A stretch of DNA of 64,000 nucleotides, taken from Macrostomum lignano. Lineage: Eukaryota. Within the stretch, counting starts at the first letter, position 1. Every line of letters begins with the position of its first letter. The translations under genes and the position numbers were made by a program. This document shows positions 1 through 17,129 of the stretch, piece by piece. The stretch covers positions 82,577 to 146,576 of the forward strand of contig NIVC01002721.1 of assembly GCA_002269645.1 (NCBI GenBank). The letters are read 5' to 3'. Below the pieces are notes generated by a model. The model was given only the letters and a program-made list of their open reading frames with translations. It made no database searches and was not told where the DNA came from.

Positions 1-830
1 ACTAGATAGATCCCATACCCTCAACTGTATCTGAGACTAGATAGATCCCATACCCTCAACCATCTGAGATTAGACAGATCCCATAACTTCAACTATCTGA
101 GACTAGATAGATCCCATACACTCAACCATCTGAGACTAGACAGATCCATAACTTTAACCATCTGAGACTAGACAGATCACATGTCCTCAACTGTATCTGA
201 GACTAGATAGATCCCATAACCTCAACTGTATCTGAGACTAGATAGATCCCATAACCTCAACTAACTGAGAATAGATAGATCCCATACCCTCAACTGTATC
301 TGAGACTAGATAGATCCCACACCCTCAACTAACTGAGAATAGATAGATCCCATACCCTCAACTAACTGAGAATAGATAGATCCCATACCCTCAACTGTAT
401 CTGAGACTAGATAGATCCCATAACCTCAACTAACTGAGAATAGATAGATCCCATACCCTCAACTGTATCTGAGACTAGATAGATCCCATAACCTCAACTA
501 ACTGAGAATAGATAGATCATACACCCTAAACTGTCTGAGACTAGATAGATCCGATGCCCTCAACTAACTGAGAATGGATAGACCCCACACCCTAAACTGT
601 ATGAGACTAGATAGATCCCATACCCTCAACTGTCTGAGACTAGATAGATCCCACACCCTCAACTGTCTGAGACTAGATAGATCCGATGCCCTCAACTGAG
701 AATGGATAGACCCCACACCCTAAACTGTATGAGACTAGATAGATCCCATACCCTCAACTGTCTGAGACTAGATAGATCCCACACCCTCAACTGTCTGAGA
801 ATAGATAGATCCCACACCCTAAACTATCTA
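1..830. repeat. Minisatellite, ~33-35 bp unit (ACTAGATAGATCCCATACCCTCAACTGT[AT]CTGAG), in an STK32 intron
   Basis: More than 20 consecutive imperfect copies visible; array continues off the left edge. Confidence 0.95.
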
Positions 831-1157
831 GCATTGAGTCCTCCCAGTGCCGCAGACAATAAAACGCTTCAAAGTAAGTCTTGGACGACTGTTTGACGAC
901 TTTTTAGCGACTTGTACCGTGACATCTCGTTATTTTAGAGTAATTTAGAGAGTCACTTCTTCCCTATTTTACCGCAACAACACTGAAACCAGCGGGTATC
1001 CTCTCTCTCATCTCTCATCTCATCTATCCTCTTCTCTCTCCTTTATTCCCTCTATCTCTTTCATCAGGCCCACAGCAATAGTCTAGATTTCCCTAAACTG
1101 AGACTAGATAGAGACTGATAGACTATCAATAGCAAACAGTACACGATCCCAGCTCAC

Positions 1158-5171
<4,014 letters not shown>

Positions 5172-6227
5172 AAAGCACCCAATGGTGGCTGCCTGGTAGC
5201 TGGTTAATGCTTTAATAAAGACAGCGTCACCCTGCTTTGTAAATATGCTGTCATAAATAATAAAAATTAATGATCGATTTAAAGAGTCTTGCACTAAAAT
5301 AGTTATCAATTTTTTATGTTTAAATAGTTACATTTGTGTATGACATAAATTACCATATAAGTTAATTTTTATCCTAAATTTACTCAAAAAAGGGAACTAT
5401 ATTCTGCTATAGACATTCAAGACTTAAAAAGATTTTAAAGGCTAATAAATATACAAAAAATCTGACATAGCAAGCTGGTTTATTATAGATTTTTTCTTAA
5501 TTGATTTCTAAGCTTATCATTTCAACTTACAGATGATGTAATAATTATGAGACAATATATAGATAATATAATAAAGATGCCTAAGTTTATCATACAAAGC
5601 ATAAAATTTTTCTAGGAAGTACTGGCCTCTAGGTGATATAATCTATCTCAATATGATTTATATGGCCCAATTTTTCTATCTTAGTGGTCTAGTGTCTAAT
5701 AGTTATAAGGATTTACAATATTGCTATAGACTTGTCTAGGCTGCCTTTTAATTTGTAAGGGCTGTCCTAGTCTAAGGCCTTGCTTGACTGCCAGTGGATG
5801 ACACTATTCTAGTGATTAAGACTGTCCTATTATATAATGTCAAGACCTATATGCTAATATGAGGTGTGTCCCAAAAGTTCCTAAAATTTCTATCATTACT
5901 CGACAATTATTGAGCATATCTTCACATCCTTGGTGTTAAATGAAAGATGAATTTCTCATTAAAATATAGCTATTTGAATCACGTCAATATGTCTAACCAT
6001 CTCTTTGCTACACATAAAAATGTTTGCAAAGGTTGGTACTAGGGTCACACATCCTTAAGAGCCTTTTGAAAAAAAACAATGATATTCATAAAACAGTGAA
6101 GAAAAGAAATATGGGATAATTTAAACAGCAACATTGATTAAATCTCAAGTTAGTCAGCAGTAGGAAAAGTTCAAATGTATATTTACTCATCCAACTCAGC
6201 CTGTGGCTTTTCAATTGTAGTTGCCAT

Positions 6228-6526
6228 CATACATGCGCAACAGTCGGCCGAGTCGGCCGATCCGGCCGACCGATTTGGCGGCCAACCAAGGAAGTCGCAA
6301 AAATGCCCACCCGAAAAAAACGCAAAGTAGTAGTACTAAGTAGCTGACGAGGCATTTTAACTTAATAAGACAGTTATAGTTACTCCTGCCGTTTACCCAA
6401 AGTTGCGTTAATTTTGCGTTTGGGTTTTTTTTACATGTAAGTCGCATTTTTGGCCAAAAACTACGTCGCATTTTTGTTAAAACTAAGTCGCATGGCCGAC
6501 CGAATTTTGGAGGTTGCGCATGTATG
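6228..6526. mobile_element. hAT-type MITE, copy 1 (299 bp)
   Basis: TIR CATACATGCGCAAC...GTTGCGCATGTATG; exact 8-bp TSD GTTGCCAT on both sides; non-coding; further copies at 9892 and 62058. Confidence 0.9.
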
Positions 6527-7166
6527 GTTGCCATCCAAATGCATACATTTCTGCCACCTGGATCACATGGCATTGATGGCCTTGGCAAATGTAGAGCAAG
6601 GCATTTCATAGAGGATGACATGGCAAATGAGGCTTTCAAGTTCACTTCAGTTTTTAAAAACCCGGCCACAAAGAAGTCTTTTCATTTGGGGTAATATTGC
6701 AAAATTGGCAGGCACCATATCTGGCAAGTATGGCAGATGAGACAGCAACTCAAAGTTGAACTGCTCAATCTTCTCCATCGTCTTTCCTGCTATATGGGGT
6801 CTATCAGTAAGGGTAATACTTTTCTATGGTGCACTAAGGCTCTTAGTTTTAGTGTTTTAGTTTTAGTGTAGTTTTAGGATAAATAGCAAGAGTAACCATG
6901 AGTGTCTTATTAAGGCTAAATTCCTTGTTATCTAATTAGTACTATATCTATATTCAGTATAAAAGTTAACATGATCTGTTGCATCATACAGAGCTATAAT
7001 TTTAGATCTCATGTTATATAGTCACAAATTTTCAATAGGGCACATCGTAAACCACAGTAATATTTTGTCTAGGCCCTACTGTCCTTATATTCTCTTATAA
7101 CTAACTAGCTTAACTGATTAATATTATACATTTTATTGTATTTAGGGATAGAATGATATAAAAAAT

Positions 7167-8382
7167 GGGTCTATGAAATTTGCTAGCAAGAAATTTGCTT
7201 GCCAAAATCTGCTAGCTGAAATCTGCTAGCCGAAATTTGCTAGCAGGAATTTTGCTGGCCAAAAGTTGCTAGCAGGAATTTTGCTAGCAAGGATTTAGCT
7301 AGCCAAAATCTGCTAGCAGGAATTTGCTGACCAAACTTCTTGCAACCGGCGTCAAAAGATTGCTTGTTTTCTGGCAATGGCAATGTATTGTTTTACCTAA
7401 AAAAATCCACAGAAGTGGGTAAAAATCCCAAATATTTTATAACTAAAAGCATCAGCATCAGTTCAAGTGTTTGGAAAGTCAGTTTGTCATTGTGGGGGAC
7501 AGAATACTCTCAAGTCGCAATCAGATAGCTTGTAGTTAGGACAGTAGTTGAATTCCTTATTGAACTGTCATGGCTAAATGTTAGTAGAGAAGGCTATAAA
7601 AAGTTTTTCCAGAACACTGTATATTTGTTATGTATATTGAGCCCTATCACCTGATCGTTGGTCTAGGGTAATGAGTGAGTGAGTAGCACAAACAACAGAA
7701 AAAGCTGACAAACTTCACATGCCTACAGTTTATGTTCTAACTGGGGTACAAAGTTGAGACTTTATATTTAGACAGAGAATGAGTCAATGAAGAATTTTAT
7801 CAAGTTTAAAGTCAATCGCTGTACGTGGAGCAAACTTATGGCAGCTGAAAGTTAGTTAATTTTAAACCCCCTTCACACATCTCTCCAGTGGTCAAGAAGG
7901 AGAGAGGCGGAGGTTGGGGTGGCTGTCTTGCTGACGAAAAGCAGACTAACTTAAAAAAAAAACAGTGTTGTTAGGAATTAACTTCGAGACTCAAAAATTT
8001 CTACACGATTGTCAAAATAGTTGAAAATTGGATTGTGTCCAATTTGAAGAGGATTGGTAAAGCTGTAAAGGTAAAAGTGGAATGACGCTATAGAGGATTT
8101 ATTGAAATTCTTGCAAAACTGGACAAGCAAATTGTCTCTAGCTAATTACAACTTCCTGAGTTTGGCCAGCCAAATTGCTGCTTGCCGGTTTTGGTTGGAT
8201 TCCTGCTAGCAGATTTTGGCTAGCAAAATCCTCGCTAGCAAAATTCCTGCTAGCAAGCTTCGGCTAGCAAATTTTGGCTAGCAGATTTTGCTAGCAAACT
8301 TTGGCTAGCAGATTTCGGCAAGCAAATTTCTTGCTAGCAAACTTTGGCTAGCAGATTTCCTGCTAGCAAATCTCGTACTCCC
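7167..8382. mobile_element. Foldback-type element with ~170-220 bp inverted arms built from GCTAGC-containing subrepeats
   Basis: Left arm GCTAGCAAGAAATTTGCTTGCCAAAATCTGCTAGC is the near-exact reverse complement of the right arm GCTAGCAGATTTCGGCAAGCAAATTTCTTGCTAGC; ends GGG...CCC; no coding capacity seen inside. Confidence 0.7.
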
Positions 8383-9891
8383 AAAAAAATCCTTTAAAGG
8401 AAGGCCAAGCTATATTAAGCATTATAACCCAATGGCCAATATTGAAAAATGGACCATGTATATCTATAAGTCAAAAACATATGGCCCAAATCTTTTTGGC
8501 CATGCCTAAGAAAAATGGCCATGGCTCCCTTGGCTACCCCTTTAGATCTACTATTAGACATGGTTATAAAAGTTTATTCATTTTTAATTAAAAATGTTTT
8601 ACACTACACTTAATAAAACTAAAACATGCAATATTGTAGGCCTAATTAAAAAACATTAGGCTTATATAACATAAGGACATTTAGTTTTATTCAATAAATA
8701 TTATTTTGTAGTATATTGGATATTGATGATTTTTCATAAGACTGTATATAAAATAATAAATAAATTATAAAATTTTTATTCTATAACAAAATGTATCATA
8801 GCCATAGGCCTTATTTTAAACCTAAAAATAAAACTTCAAATAAATTATTAACATATCTTAGGCCTAGTTAGACTTAGGCCTAGGCCATACTTCAGAAGAT
8901 ATACTGCAATAGTAATGTATATTACTATTAGAAATTCAAATGCTAGGTCTACTATATTAGCTATTTTAGATGAGTAATTTATGTTATGACTACAAAAAGT
9001 TATAAATGATACTGACATCAAGGTTTTTACATAAAAATAGGGCCTAATATAGAGCCCTAGGGTCCTAAGCCTAAGGACCTAAGCACTTAGCACTATAGAT
9101 AGATAGGCCTATGGTGGTTATTTAAGAATAAGAGCACATGTTTGTTATATTTAATAGTATTGACAAATAAAATTATATTTTAGGAACTAGCAATAAATTA
9201 TATTATTGAACTACCTCTCTTGACTCTCGTCTCGACTTAACTGAAAGACCAAAAAGCTAAAAAACCAAAGGCCAAAGCCGAAAGGGTTTAGGCCTAAACA
9301 TTTTTAAAATTGCAAAATCGCTACGAGTCTAGGAAAAATGGATGGATTTTGAATTGCAGCGCCTTTCTATGAAACAACTTTCTTGTCGTTATCGATATCC
9401 AACCTTTAAACAACGGATAAAGCAGCTGTAAGCAGCTATAAGCTGCTATAAGCAGCTGTCAAATCCTTCCAAATCAATGCTCAGCTCGGCCGGAAAAGCT
9501 AAAAATCAGCGTGCAATAAAAGTAATTTTTAAACTGTCTAACAATGGGCGTCGACGGTTGGCACTTTGGCACAGTTAGACGCCTCAATGCTAAGACCTCA
9601 GCCAAGGGACACTTAGAACTTTGGTGTTGCACAGCCAATTTCTTTCAGCTGTGCATCCTAGAGTCTTGTTGTTATCTATTCAATGATCAAACTTTCTTTG
9701 TACATGTACTATACTATTCTCATATTTTTTCTTTATTCTAGGTCTACTTAAGCTATAGCCTATACTAGGCTTTACTCATTTTGGTATTTTAATTGGGTTG
9801 ATATAATTGTACTATGCCTATTATTATCTTATTTGTGTCTTGTTTTTCTAAGTGTCAATTAGGCCTAGGTCTATTAGCCTATAAGCTTATT

Positions 9892-10190
9892 CATACATGC
9901 GAAACCTCCAAAATTCGGTCGGCCGTGCGACTTAGTTTTAACAAAAATGCGACGTAGTTTTTGGCCAAAATTGCGACTTACATGTAAAAAAAACCCTAAA
10001 GCAAAATTAACGCAATTTTGGGTAAACGGCAGGAGTAACTATGACTGTCTTATTAAGCCAAAATGCCTCGTCAGCTACGTAGTACTACTACTTGGGTGTT
10101 TTTTCGGGTGGGCATTTTTGCGACTTCCTTGGTTGGCCGCCAAATCGGTCGGCCGGATCGGCCGACTCGGCCGACTGTTGCGCATGTATG
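9892..10190. mobile_element. hAT-type MITE, copy 2 (299 bp, opposite orientation to copy 1)
   Basis: Same TIRs with one mismatch; exact 8-bp TSD AGCTTATT. Confidence 0.9.
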
Positions 10191-10394
10191 AGCTTATTTC
10201 CTATAATAATACCCATTTTCATCTTCACTTATAATATAGGCCTTAATTATAAATAATGTAGAATTGTGTCTGCATTATTTATAGATCATACCAAGTATAC
10301 CTAGGCCTAGTCCTACCTGAGCCTAAGTAAGGAAATTAAAAAATAATAAAAATATAAAAAAAAAATTTATCTAAAAGGAAAAGTAATATATATT

Positions 10395-11010
10395 CTCAGA
10401 TCCTTAGTTGCTAGGTTGCCTCACCTTCCTAGATGCTTAGTTGCTAAGCCACCTTCAGATCCTCAGTTGCTAAGCCATCTTAGTTGCTAGGCTGTCTACA
10501 ACTCTTCTAGATCCTGGGTTGCTAGGCCATCCCACTTTCCTAGATCCTAAATTGCTAGGCTAGGCCTCCCTACTTTCCTAGATCCTGAGTTGCTAGGCCA
10601 TCCTAACCCCACCTTCCTAGATCCTGAGTTGCTAGGCCACCCTAACTGCATCTTCCTAGATCCTAAATTGCTAGGCCCCCATCCTACTAGATCCTTGGTT
10701 GCTAGGCCACCCTCAGGAGGCACCCTCCCAGATCCTTAGTTGCTGGGCCACCCTCCCAGACCCAGATCCTCAGTTGCTAGGCCATCCTCCCATATTCCTC
10801 AGTTGCTAAGCCAGCCTCCTAGATCCTCAGTTGTTGGGCCAGCCTCCTAGATCTTCAGTTGCTAGGCTACCCTCCTAGATCCTTAATTGCTGGGCCAGTC
10901 TCCCAGATCCTCAGTTGCTAGGCCAGCCTCTTAGATCCTCAGTTGCTGGGCTACCCCCCTAGATCCTCAGTTGCTAGGCCACTCTACCAGATCATTAGTT
11001 GCTAGGCCAT
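10395..11010. repeat. Degenerate minisatellite, ~28-35 bp unit (CCTAGATCCTCAGTTGCTAGGCCA core)
   Basis: About 20 imperfect tandem copies. Confidence 0.9.
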
Positions 11011-11336
11011 AGAGGTTTAAGTGGGTTCATAAAAATTCTTTAAAAAATCATAAAAATTCTTACAGCAAACACTTAAACAGAAGTTACAATATATGTACCT
11101 GCGCCATTTTATAAAGTGATGGCTTCCTCAGTGTCATGTAGGATTCTTCTATTCTAACTTAGTTGTCTACAAATCATTTGAATATAGACTACTAATATCA
11201 GTAGTAGATAAAGCGTCATTCCACTCTACTCTTAATTCGATTCATGAGTGTGTCTTTCTGTCTTAGTGTTTGTCTTTCCGTCTGTCTGTCTGCTGACTAC
11301 TGTACAATAAAATCAAAAAACTTTCCAGCGCACCAT

Positions 11337-13420
11337 ATGGCAGCCGCCAAGCCAAAAGTCTCCAACCCGCTGAGCCTGAGCCTGCCAGACCGGGCACTCA
11401 GCGGCATCCTGCGCTGCCTGGACCTGCGCAGCCTGGCCGCCTGTCGTCTCGTCTGCCGCGCCTGGCTGTCTCGCATCGACGCTTTTTGCAGCGGCGGCGC
11501 CTGCGTTGGTGGTGGCTTGTTGACCGCTGGTCGCGCCGTCCGTCAGCTGTGCGGCGGCGGCAGCAGTGCAAAATCGCCGACCGCCTGGCAGGCGCTGCAG
11601 CTGTCTAGACGGTGCAGCTTGGTGTGCTCCACGCTGAAAGAGACGGACGTGCAGTGCGAGGAGGAGCTGCTGCCGAGCCTGCCGGACCTGCAGCTGCTGC
11701 CCATGGTGAGTGCTCGGCGCTCGCTCACAAATCAATGCTGCAATATTGTGTGGCTATAAGAAACGAACCAGAAAATGCGCAGCTGGAAATTTAAACTACT
11801 TATAGTAGGTTTCAGTCTACCATGGGGGCCATGGATTTTATGGTGGGGGGGGGCAAAGTAAGGAATTCTACATGACTAAGTTCCTACATAATTTTGAGAA
11901 TCGGTGTTGTTAGCACTCGTTTTGGCGCCGCAGGCACTTATTTTAGCGCCACAGACATTCATTTTAGCGCCTCAGGCACTCATTTTAGCGCCGGAGACAC
12001 TGAGACACTCATTTTAGCGCCGGAGACACTGAGACACTTATTTTGGCGCCCCAAAGCAAAATTATTGATTTCCATAGCATTTAAATGTCCCTCCTATAGC
12101 TTTCACTCGGTGGGGAGTCGGGGACATGCCCCCCCTGTCCCCCCGGTGGCGACGCCCCTGCGTGAAAGTGAATGACTCTTGTACTTGAGGTCCCAAGTTC
12201 GAGCCCCTATGCTCGTCGCAAAGTTTCCTACGTAACACCGTTTGCAGTCGGACAAGGGCGGCCGCGGCCGCCTGATGCTGCGAACTCGGATGCTGGACCG
12301 TGGCCGCTGCCGCCTTATCAATCGGCTACTGAAAGTGCCCCAAATACCCGAGGATGCCGAGTGCAGCTTGAAGTTCTGCGCCACCTCCTGGATCGGTCTG
12401 GTCATCTGCCGCTTCAACGATGGCACATGCGTGGTGACGCTGCCGCTGAGGCCTGGCGACGGCGGACTGGGCGGAGACGAAGTGCTGACCCAGGCGGTGA
12501 TCAGCCCGCCTATATCCGGCATTTTCCCTGTTGTCATGGCAACGCACAAGTGCGCCAAGTGCGGCCAAGACCAGCTGCTGGTCTACAGTATGAGCTTGGC
12601 TGCGCCCCAGCTCAGCCTGTGGTCGCTGCCGCCCGCCGCCGACTCGTTCGGCAGGTCGCCGCAAGTCATCGGCAAGCCGCACAGCGTCCTGCAAAGTGGT
12701 GTCGTGGGCAGCGATGAAGAGGCCCTGCGGATGCTGCAGGTGGCGTCGCCTGTCGAGTCGGAGTTTGCCGTGTTCGCCGTGATGAACAGCAACGATGAGG
12801 ACACTCTGACCACCGTCAGCTTCGTCCGCGCCGGGTGCCGCCAGCTCAGCCTCCTCCGCAGCCGCATCAGCCTGGGCGGAGACGAGTGCGGCTTCATCAC
12901 GGACTCCAGCGACGGCGTCCTCGTCACCATGGTGATCGACGGCCTTCGCCGACGTCGTGGACAGGCTCGCTGTCAGCTGAGACTCCGAGTGACTCGTCAC
13001 GTGCTGGCCGGACCGAAGTGCACTGTGTGTCCAGAGACCTTCCTGTACAACTGCCCGATGCCGTCTGCTGAGGTGCCCGAATCCCAGCCTAAGCTAATTG
13101 GCCACGGCAGGCAGCTGCTGTGCGTGACCTTCATGGTGCCGCACTGCCTGGCTCTGTATCGGCCGAGCTGTCCGCAGCCTCCGGTCGTCATCGACCTGCC
13201 CAACGACCAGCCGTTGCACTTTCTGTGGCCGGTCGGCAACTGGCTGAACTGCGGCATCGACCCGGAGCGGCAGAGCTGCCCGCTGCTGGTGTCAGCTGGC
13301 ATGGAGCGAGATGAAGCAAACAAACAGAGCCACCTGCTGAGCTTGAGCTTCTCTAAGGATGCTCCGCAGTCAGCTGTGTGGCAGCGGACTGTGCAGTTTG
13401 GCAGCTCGGTTTCTGAGTAA
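11337..13420 (+). CDS. F-box protein with unrecognised C-terminal region, two exons (11337-11705, 12248-13420), ~513 aa
   Basis: N-terminal LPDRALSGILRCLDLRSLAACRLVCRAWLSRI fits the F-box consensus; phase-0 intron ATG|GTGAGT...TTTGCAG|TCG; open 391-codon exon 2; paralog 3 kb downstream has the same intron position. Confidence 0.8.
11821..12160. mobile_element. Probable MITE remnant in the F-box intron
   Basis: Degenerate inverted ends (CATGGGGGCC... / ...GACGCCCCTG), internal ATTTTAGCGCC repeats; absent from the paralog's shorter intron; no TSD found. Confidence 0.4.
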
Positions 13421-13769
13421 CAGCTTTGATTTATTTGTTGACATTTGGTTTCAGACTTTGTGCTCATCAGTTTACTAATTCTTCTGCAAGCATTTGACAG
13501 GTCTGTTTGATCTATTTTTAGCATTAATTATATCCAATCTGCCCTGCATTTTATCAAGTACAATAATTTTTTAGACAATTTGTTTGTCACTTGAGTCTCG
13601 ACTTTTTTTACTATAATTTTTCGCTGTCGCTTTGTTGCTTTGGCTTAATTTTAACTCGTTCGTTATTAAATATATAAAAAATAGGCGAATTCTTCGCTTT
13701 CTCAAAAATCGTTCTGAGTTTTATACTCTTATTCAATTTTTAGACGTTGCTCTTCATACCTTCTCCATC

Positions 13770-14190
13770 CCCACAGTCACAAATCATTTAGTTCCCCATC
13801 CCCACAGTCACAGATCATTCAGTTCCCCATCCCCACAGTCACAAATCATTTAGTTCCCCATCCCCACAGTCACAGATCATTCAGTTCCCCATCCCCACAG
13901 TCACAAATCATTTAGTTCCCCATCCCCACAGTCACAAATCATTTAGTTCCCCATCCCCACAGTCACAAATCATTTAGTTCCCCATCCCCATCCCCACAGT
14001 CACAAATAATTTAGTTCCCCATCCCCACAGTCACAAATCATTTAGTTCCCCATCCCCACAGTCACAAATCATTTAGTTCCCCATCCCCACAGTCACAAAT
14101 CATTTAGTTCCCCATCCCCACAGTCACAAATCATTTAGTTCCTCATCCCCACAGCCACAAATCATTTAGTTCCCCATCCCCACAGTCACA
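13770..14190. repeat. Minisatellite, 31-bp unit AGTTCCCCATCCCCACAGTCACAAATCATTT
   Basis: About 13 near-identical tandem copies. Confidence 0.95.
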
Positions 14191-14344
14191 AATCCCTATC
14201 CTTCAAATCCCCATCCTGCAAATCCCCATCCTGCAAATCTCCTTCCTGCGGATCCCCATCCTGCAGATCTCTATTGTGCAGATTCAGGAAGAACCTGTTT
14301 CTCAGTTCACGGGACTGTCAGTACTGGAGGCGGAAATGGGATAG

Positions 14345-14740
14345 CAACGTTTGCCAGCCGACGTTTGCCAACGGGACATTTGCAGGCGGTAATTGGTTTT
14401 ATAGAATTATGCCGCGTTCTAGTGGGCAGTTGTTTGTTAGTAAACTGTACTAGTGAGCAGTTTTTTGTTATGAATAGTAACCTGTATATTTAGTAGCAGT
14501 AGTAGGGAGCGAGGTGGGGTTAGATTAGTGCTATGTCCGCAGTTTTCAAATTGAAGTACATGTAAGCCTAGAGAGTGCAGAATTCTTTAACCGATTACTG
14601 TCTGCAAAAGTAAATGTCCGGCTGTCAAACGTCAGCTGGCGAACGTCGGCTGGCAAACGTCCCGCTGGCAAACGTCGGCTGGCAAACGTCCCGCTGGCAA
14701 ACGTCGGCTGGCAAACGTCGGCTGGAAAACGTCCCGGTGG
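14345..14740. mobile_element. Small foldback-like element with inverted arms of 14-bp subrepeats (GGCAAACGTCGGCT / GGCAAACGTCCCGCT)
   Basis: 14346-14386 (ACGTTTGCCAGCCGACGTTTGCC) is the reverse complement of the repeats at 14625-14737. Confidence 0.55.
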
Positions 14741-15419
14741 AAATGATTGATACTTTGCTGGAAGAAGCGTCCACATATACAGCTTTGACTGACCAAGATC
14801 TGGATGAAATTGCCAAGATGGAGGATGCCAAGATGGAGGACACGGGAAGCCATCACTTATCTGCCGTACGAGTTCCTCAGTCGATAGCGCTTTACCCACT
14901 GGTCTCAAAGCAGTAGAAGATCCGGCTTGCGCATCAGGGATGTCAACTTCTTCCAGTTTCTACCCGAAAAACTCATCCATCAGGCCAAATTCCAACTGTT
15001 GATCCATTGTCTGAGCCTTCTTATTAGGCAAATAAAAAAGTCGTTTTATTGGGAGTGAAGATTCTGCGGGGCGTTCTAGACACCCATACTCTACAGCGAG
15101 GACGATGATAATTGAATGTCCATTGCATGAAGTAATGTAATGTATTCCTCAGAATACACTGTCTGTGGCAGAAAGCGTATTCTGAAGAGTGTTGATCTTT
15201 TACTGACGTACACAAAAACATCGGCGTCCTGAAAAGCCAAAATGAAATCGTCTAGGGCAATAGTCGAATATAGTCATGGTACCAGTACAATTGTCTTGGG
15301 TCGCTATCGCAAGTAGCAATAAGGAGAAATCAAAGAACTGAACAACAAGCAATAACGTTCTTCAACAAGTATACATGTATTTGCACCCGTAGACAAAGAG
15401 ATTCTTCCAACCTTGAGCG

Positions 15420-17070
15420 ATGCAGCAGGACTTCTTGCATCAGCGCATGCCGGACCACGCGCTCAGCTGCATTCTGCACCGCCTGGACCTGCGCAGCTTT
15501 GCCGCCTGTCTGCCGGAGCTGGCACTGTCGAATCGACGACAGCCGCGTTCTGGAAGCGGCCCGGACCTCCTGGCACCTGTGCGCGATGTTAACCGGCGGT
15601 CAGGCTTGGAAGGTGGCCATCCAGAGAGGCTTGGTGTGCTCGGAGCTGGAGGAGAGGGTCGTGACCTCCGAGGACGAGCTGGTGTCCATTCTAGAGGACC
15701 TGAAGCTGCTGGGCATGGTGAGTTCCTGAAGCCATGCAGGAAGTATTTATTTACCTAGTTTAAACTAGCACTATACTACAGTATAGCTAGTTTCATTATT
15801 GCAACGACAGAGGTCATAGAGAGGTTATGCATAGCTGGAATCCATGGCCGTCATAGCATAGTATCGAGGGGTTCATAGCTGGTCCCCGAAATCCACTTGC
15901 AGCATGATCAAACGGGCAACGGAGGCCTGAAGATGTACACCAGGATGCTGGACTGCCGCATGCTGCATCGAACTTTCCGAGTGCCACAGGTGTTCGCTGA
16001 TGTCAGCTACATGACGCGGTACTGCTCCACCTCCTGGGTGGGCCTAGCGCTGTGTTAGCGAAATGGAGTCAATGGGGGCGTGCTAGCGGTGCCTTTGAAG
16101 CCGGGCAGAAGCGGCCTGGGCAGAGATGAAGCTCTAATTCAGGTTCAGATTCGGGTTATGATTCCAACCTCCATGGCTTTTGACGTTGTCATGGCAACAC
16201 ACAAGTGCCCCACCTGCGGGGACACACAGCTGCTGCTACTGAACAGTTTCTTGGTGGACCAGCTGAAGCTGTGGTCGCTGCCGCCCGCTGGCGACTCCTT
16301 GAAGAATAATATGTCGCCTGTGCTAACGCAGCCGCACAGCGTCCTGCACGACGTCACGAATGATGCCGGCAACGAAGAGGGGCTTCGTATGCTGCAGGTG
16401 GCGTCGCCTGTCGAGTCGGAGTTTGCCGTGATGAACAGCAACGAGTGCGACACTCGGACCACCGTTAGCTTCGTCCGCGCCGCTTGCCGCCAGCTCAGCC
16501 TCATCCGAAGCCACATCAGCCTGGGCGGAGACGAGTGTGGCTTCATTGCGGACTTCAGCGACGGCGTTCTCGTCACCATGGTGATTGACAGCCTTCGCCG
16601 ACGTCGTGGGCAGACTCGGCACCAGCGGAGACTTCGAGTGACTCGTCACGTGCTGACTGGGCCGAGCTGCCAAGTGCAGGCTGAGACCTTCCTGTACAAC
16701 TGCCCCATGCCGTCCTCTGAGGTGCCCGACTCCCGTCCCGAGCTGCTTGGCCACGGCAAGAAGCTGCTGTGCGTTAACTTCGTTAAGCTGCAGCGCCTGG
16801 CTCTGTACCGACCGCGATATCCGCAGCCTCTGGTCGTCATCAACTTTTCCCACCCACTCAATAATTCATATTTCTCGTGGCCAGTTGGAGACTGGCTTGA
16901 CCGCGGCATCGACCCTGAGAGGCAGAGCTGCCCGCTGCTGCTGGTTTTGGGGTTTCAGTGGATAATCCGTGCCCAGCCACCTGCTGAGCTGGACCTGCGC
17001 CAAGGAGGTCCCGGAGACCGCCGCTGTGTGGCAACAGGCCGTGCGGCTTGGCAGCTTCGGGTCCGAGTGA
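15420..17070 (+). pseudogene. F-box paralog pseudogene (exons ~15420-15717, 15903-17070)
   Basis: Clearly homologous to 11337-13420 (e.g. EGLRMLQVASPVESEFAV, GGDECGFI, ETFLYNCPMPS). Three lesions: 8-nt deletion inside the F-box (~15510), in-frame TAG at 16056-16058, and a frameshift at ~16970 (shifted frame gives SHLLSWTCAKEVPETAAVWQQAVRLGSFGSE*, matching the paralog's C-terminus). Confidence 0.8.
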
Positions 17071-17129
17071 CGGACTGCTGCATCTGAGTCTCCATTTACC
17101 AATTAAAGTTGTTTTTTGTTAATAATAAT

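Noticed and set aside
6228-10190. Composite transposon bounded by two inverted MITEs
   Set aside because: Each MITE has its own distinct 8-bp TSD, so they are independent insertions.
11313-13524. Antisense and alternate-frame ORFs over the F-box gene (likewise over the calpains, LINEs, HSPA12 and 55.5-56.5 kb)
   Set aside because: Shadow ORFs of GC-rich coding sequence with no motifs of their own.
14900-15360. Possible fifth member of the secreted family or a separate exon on the - strand
   Set aside because: All frames are interrupted, and neither C-x5-W nor G-x17-GGxC is present.
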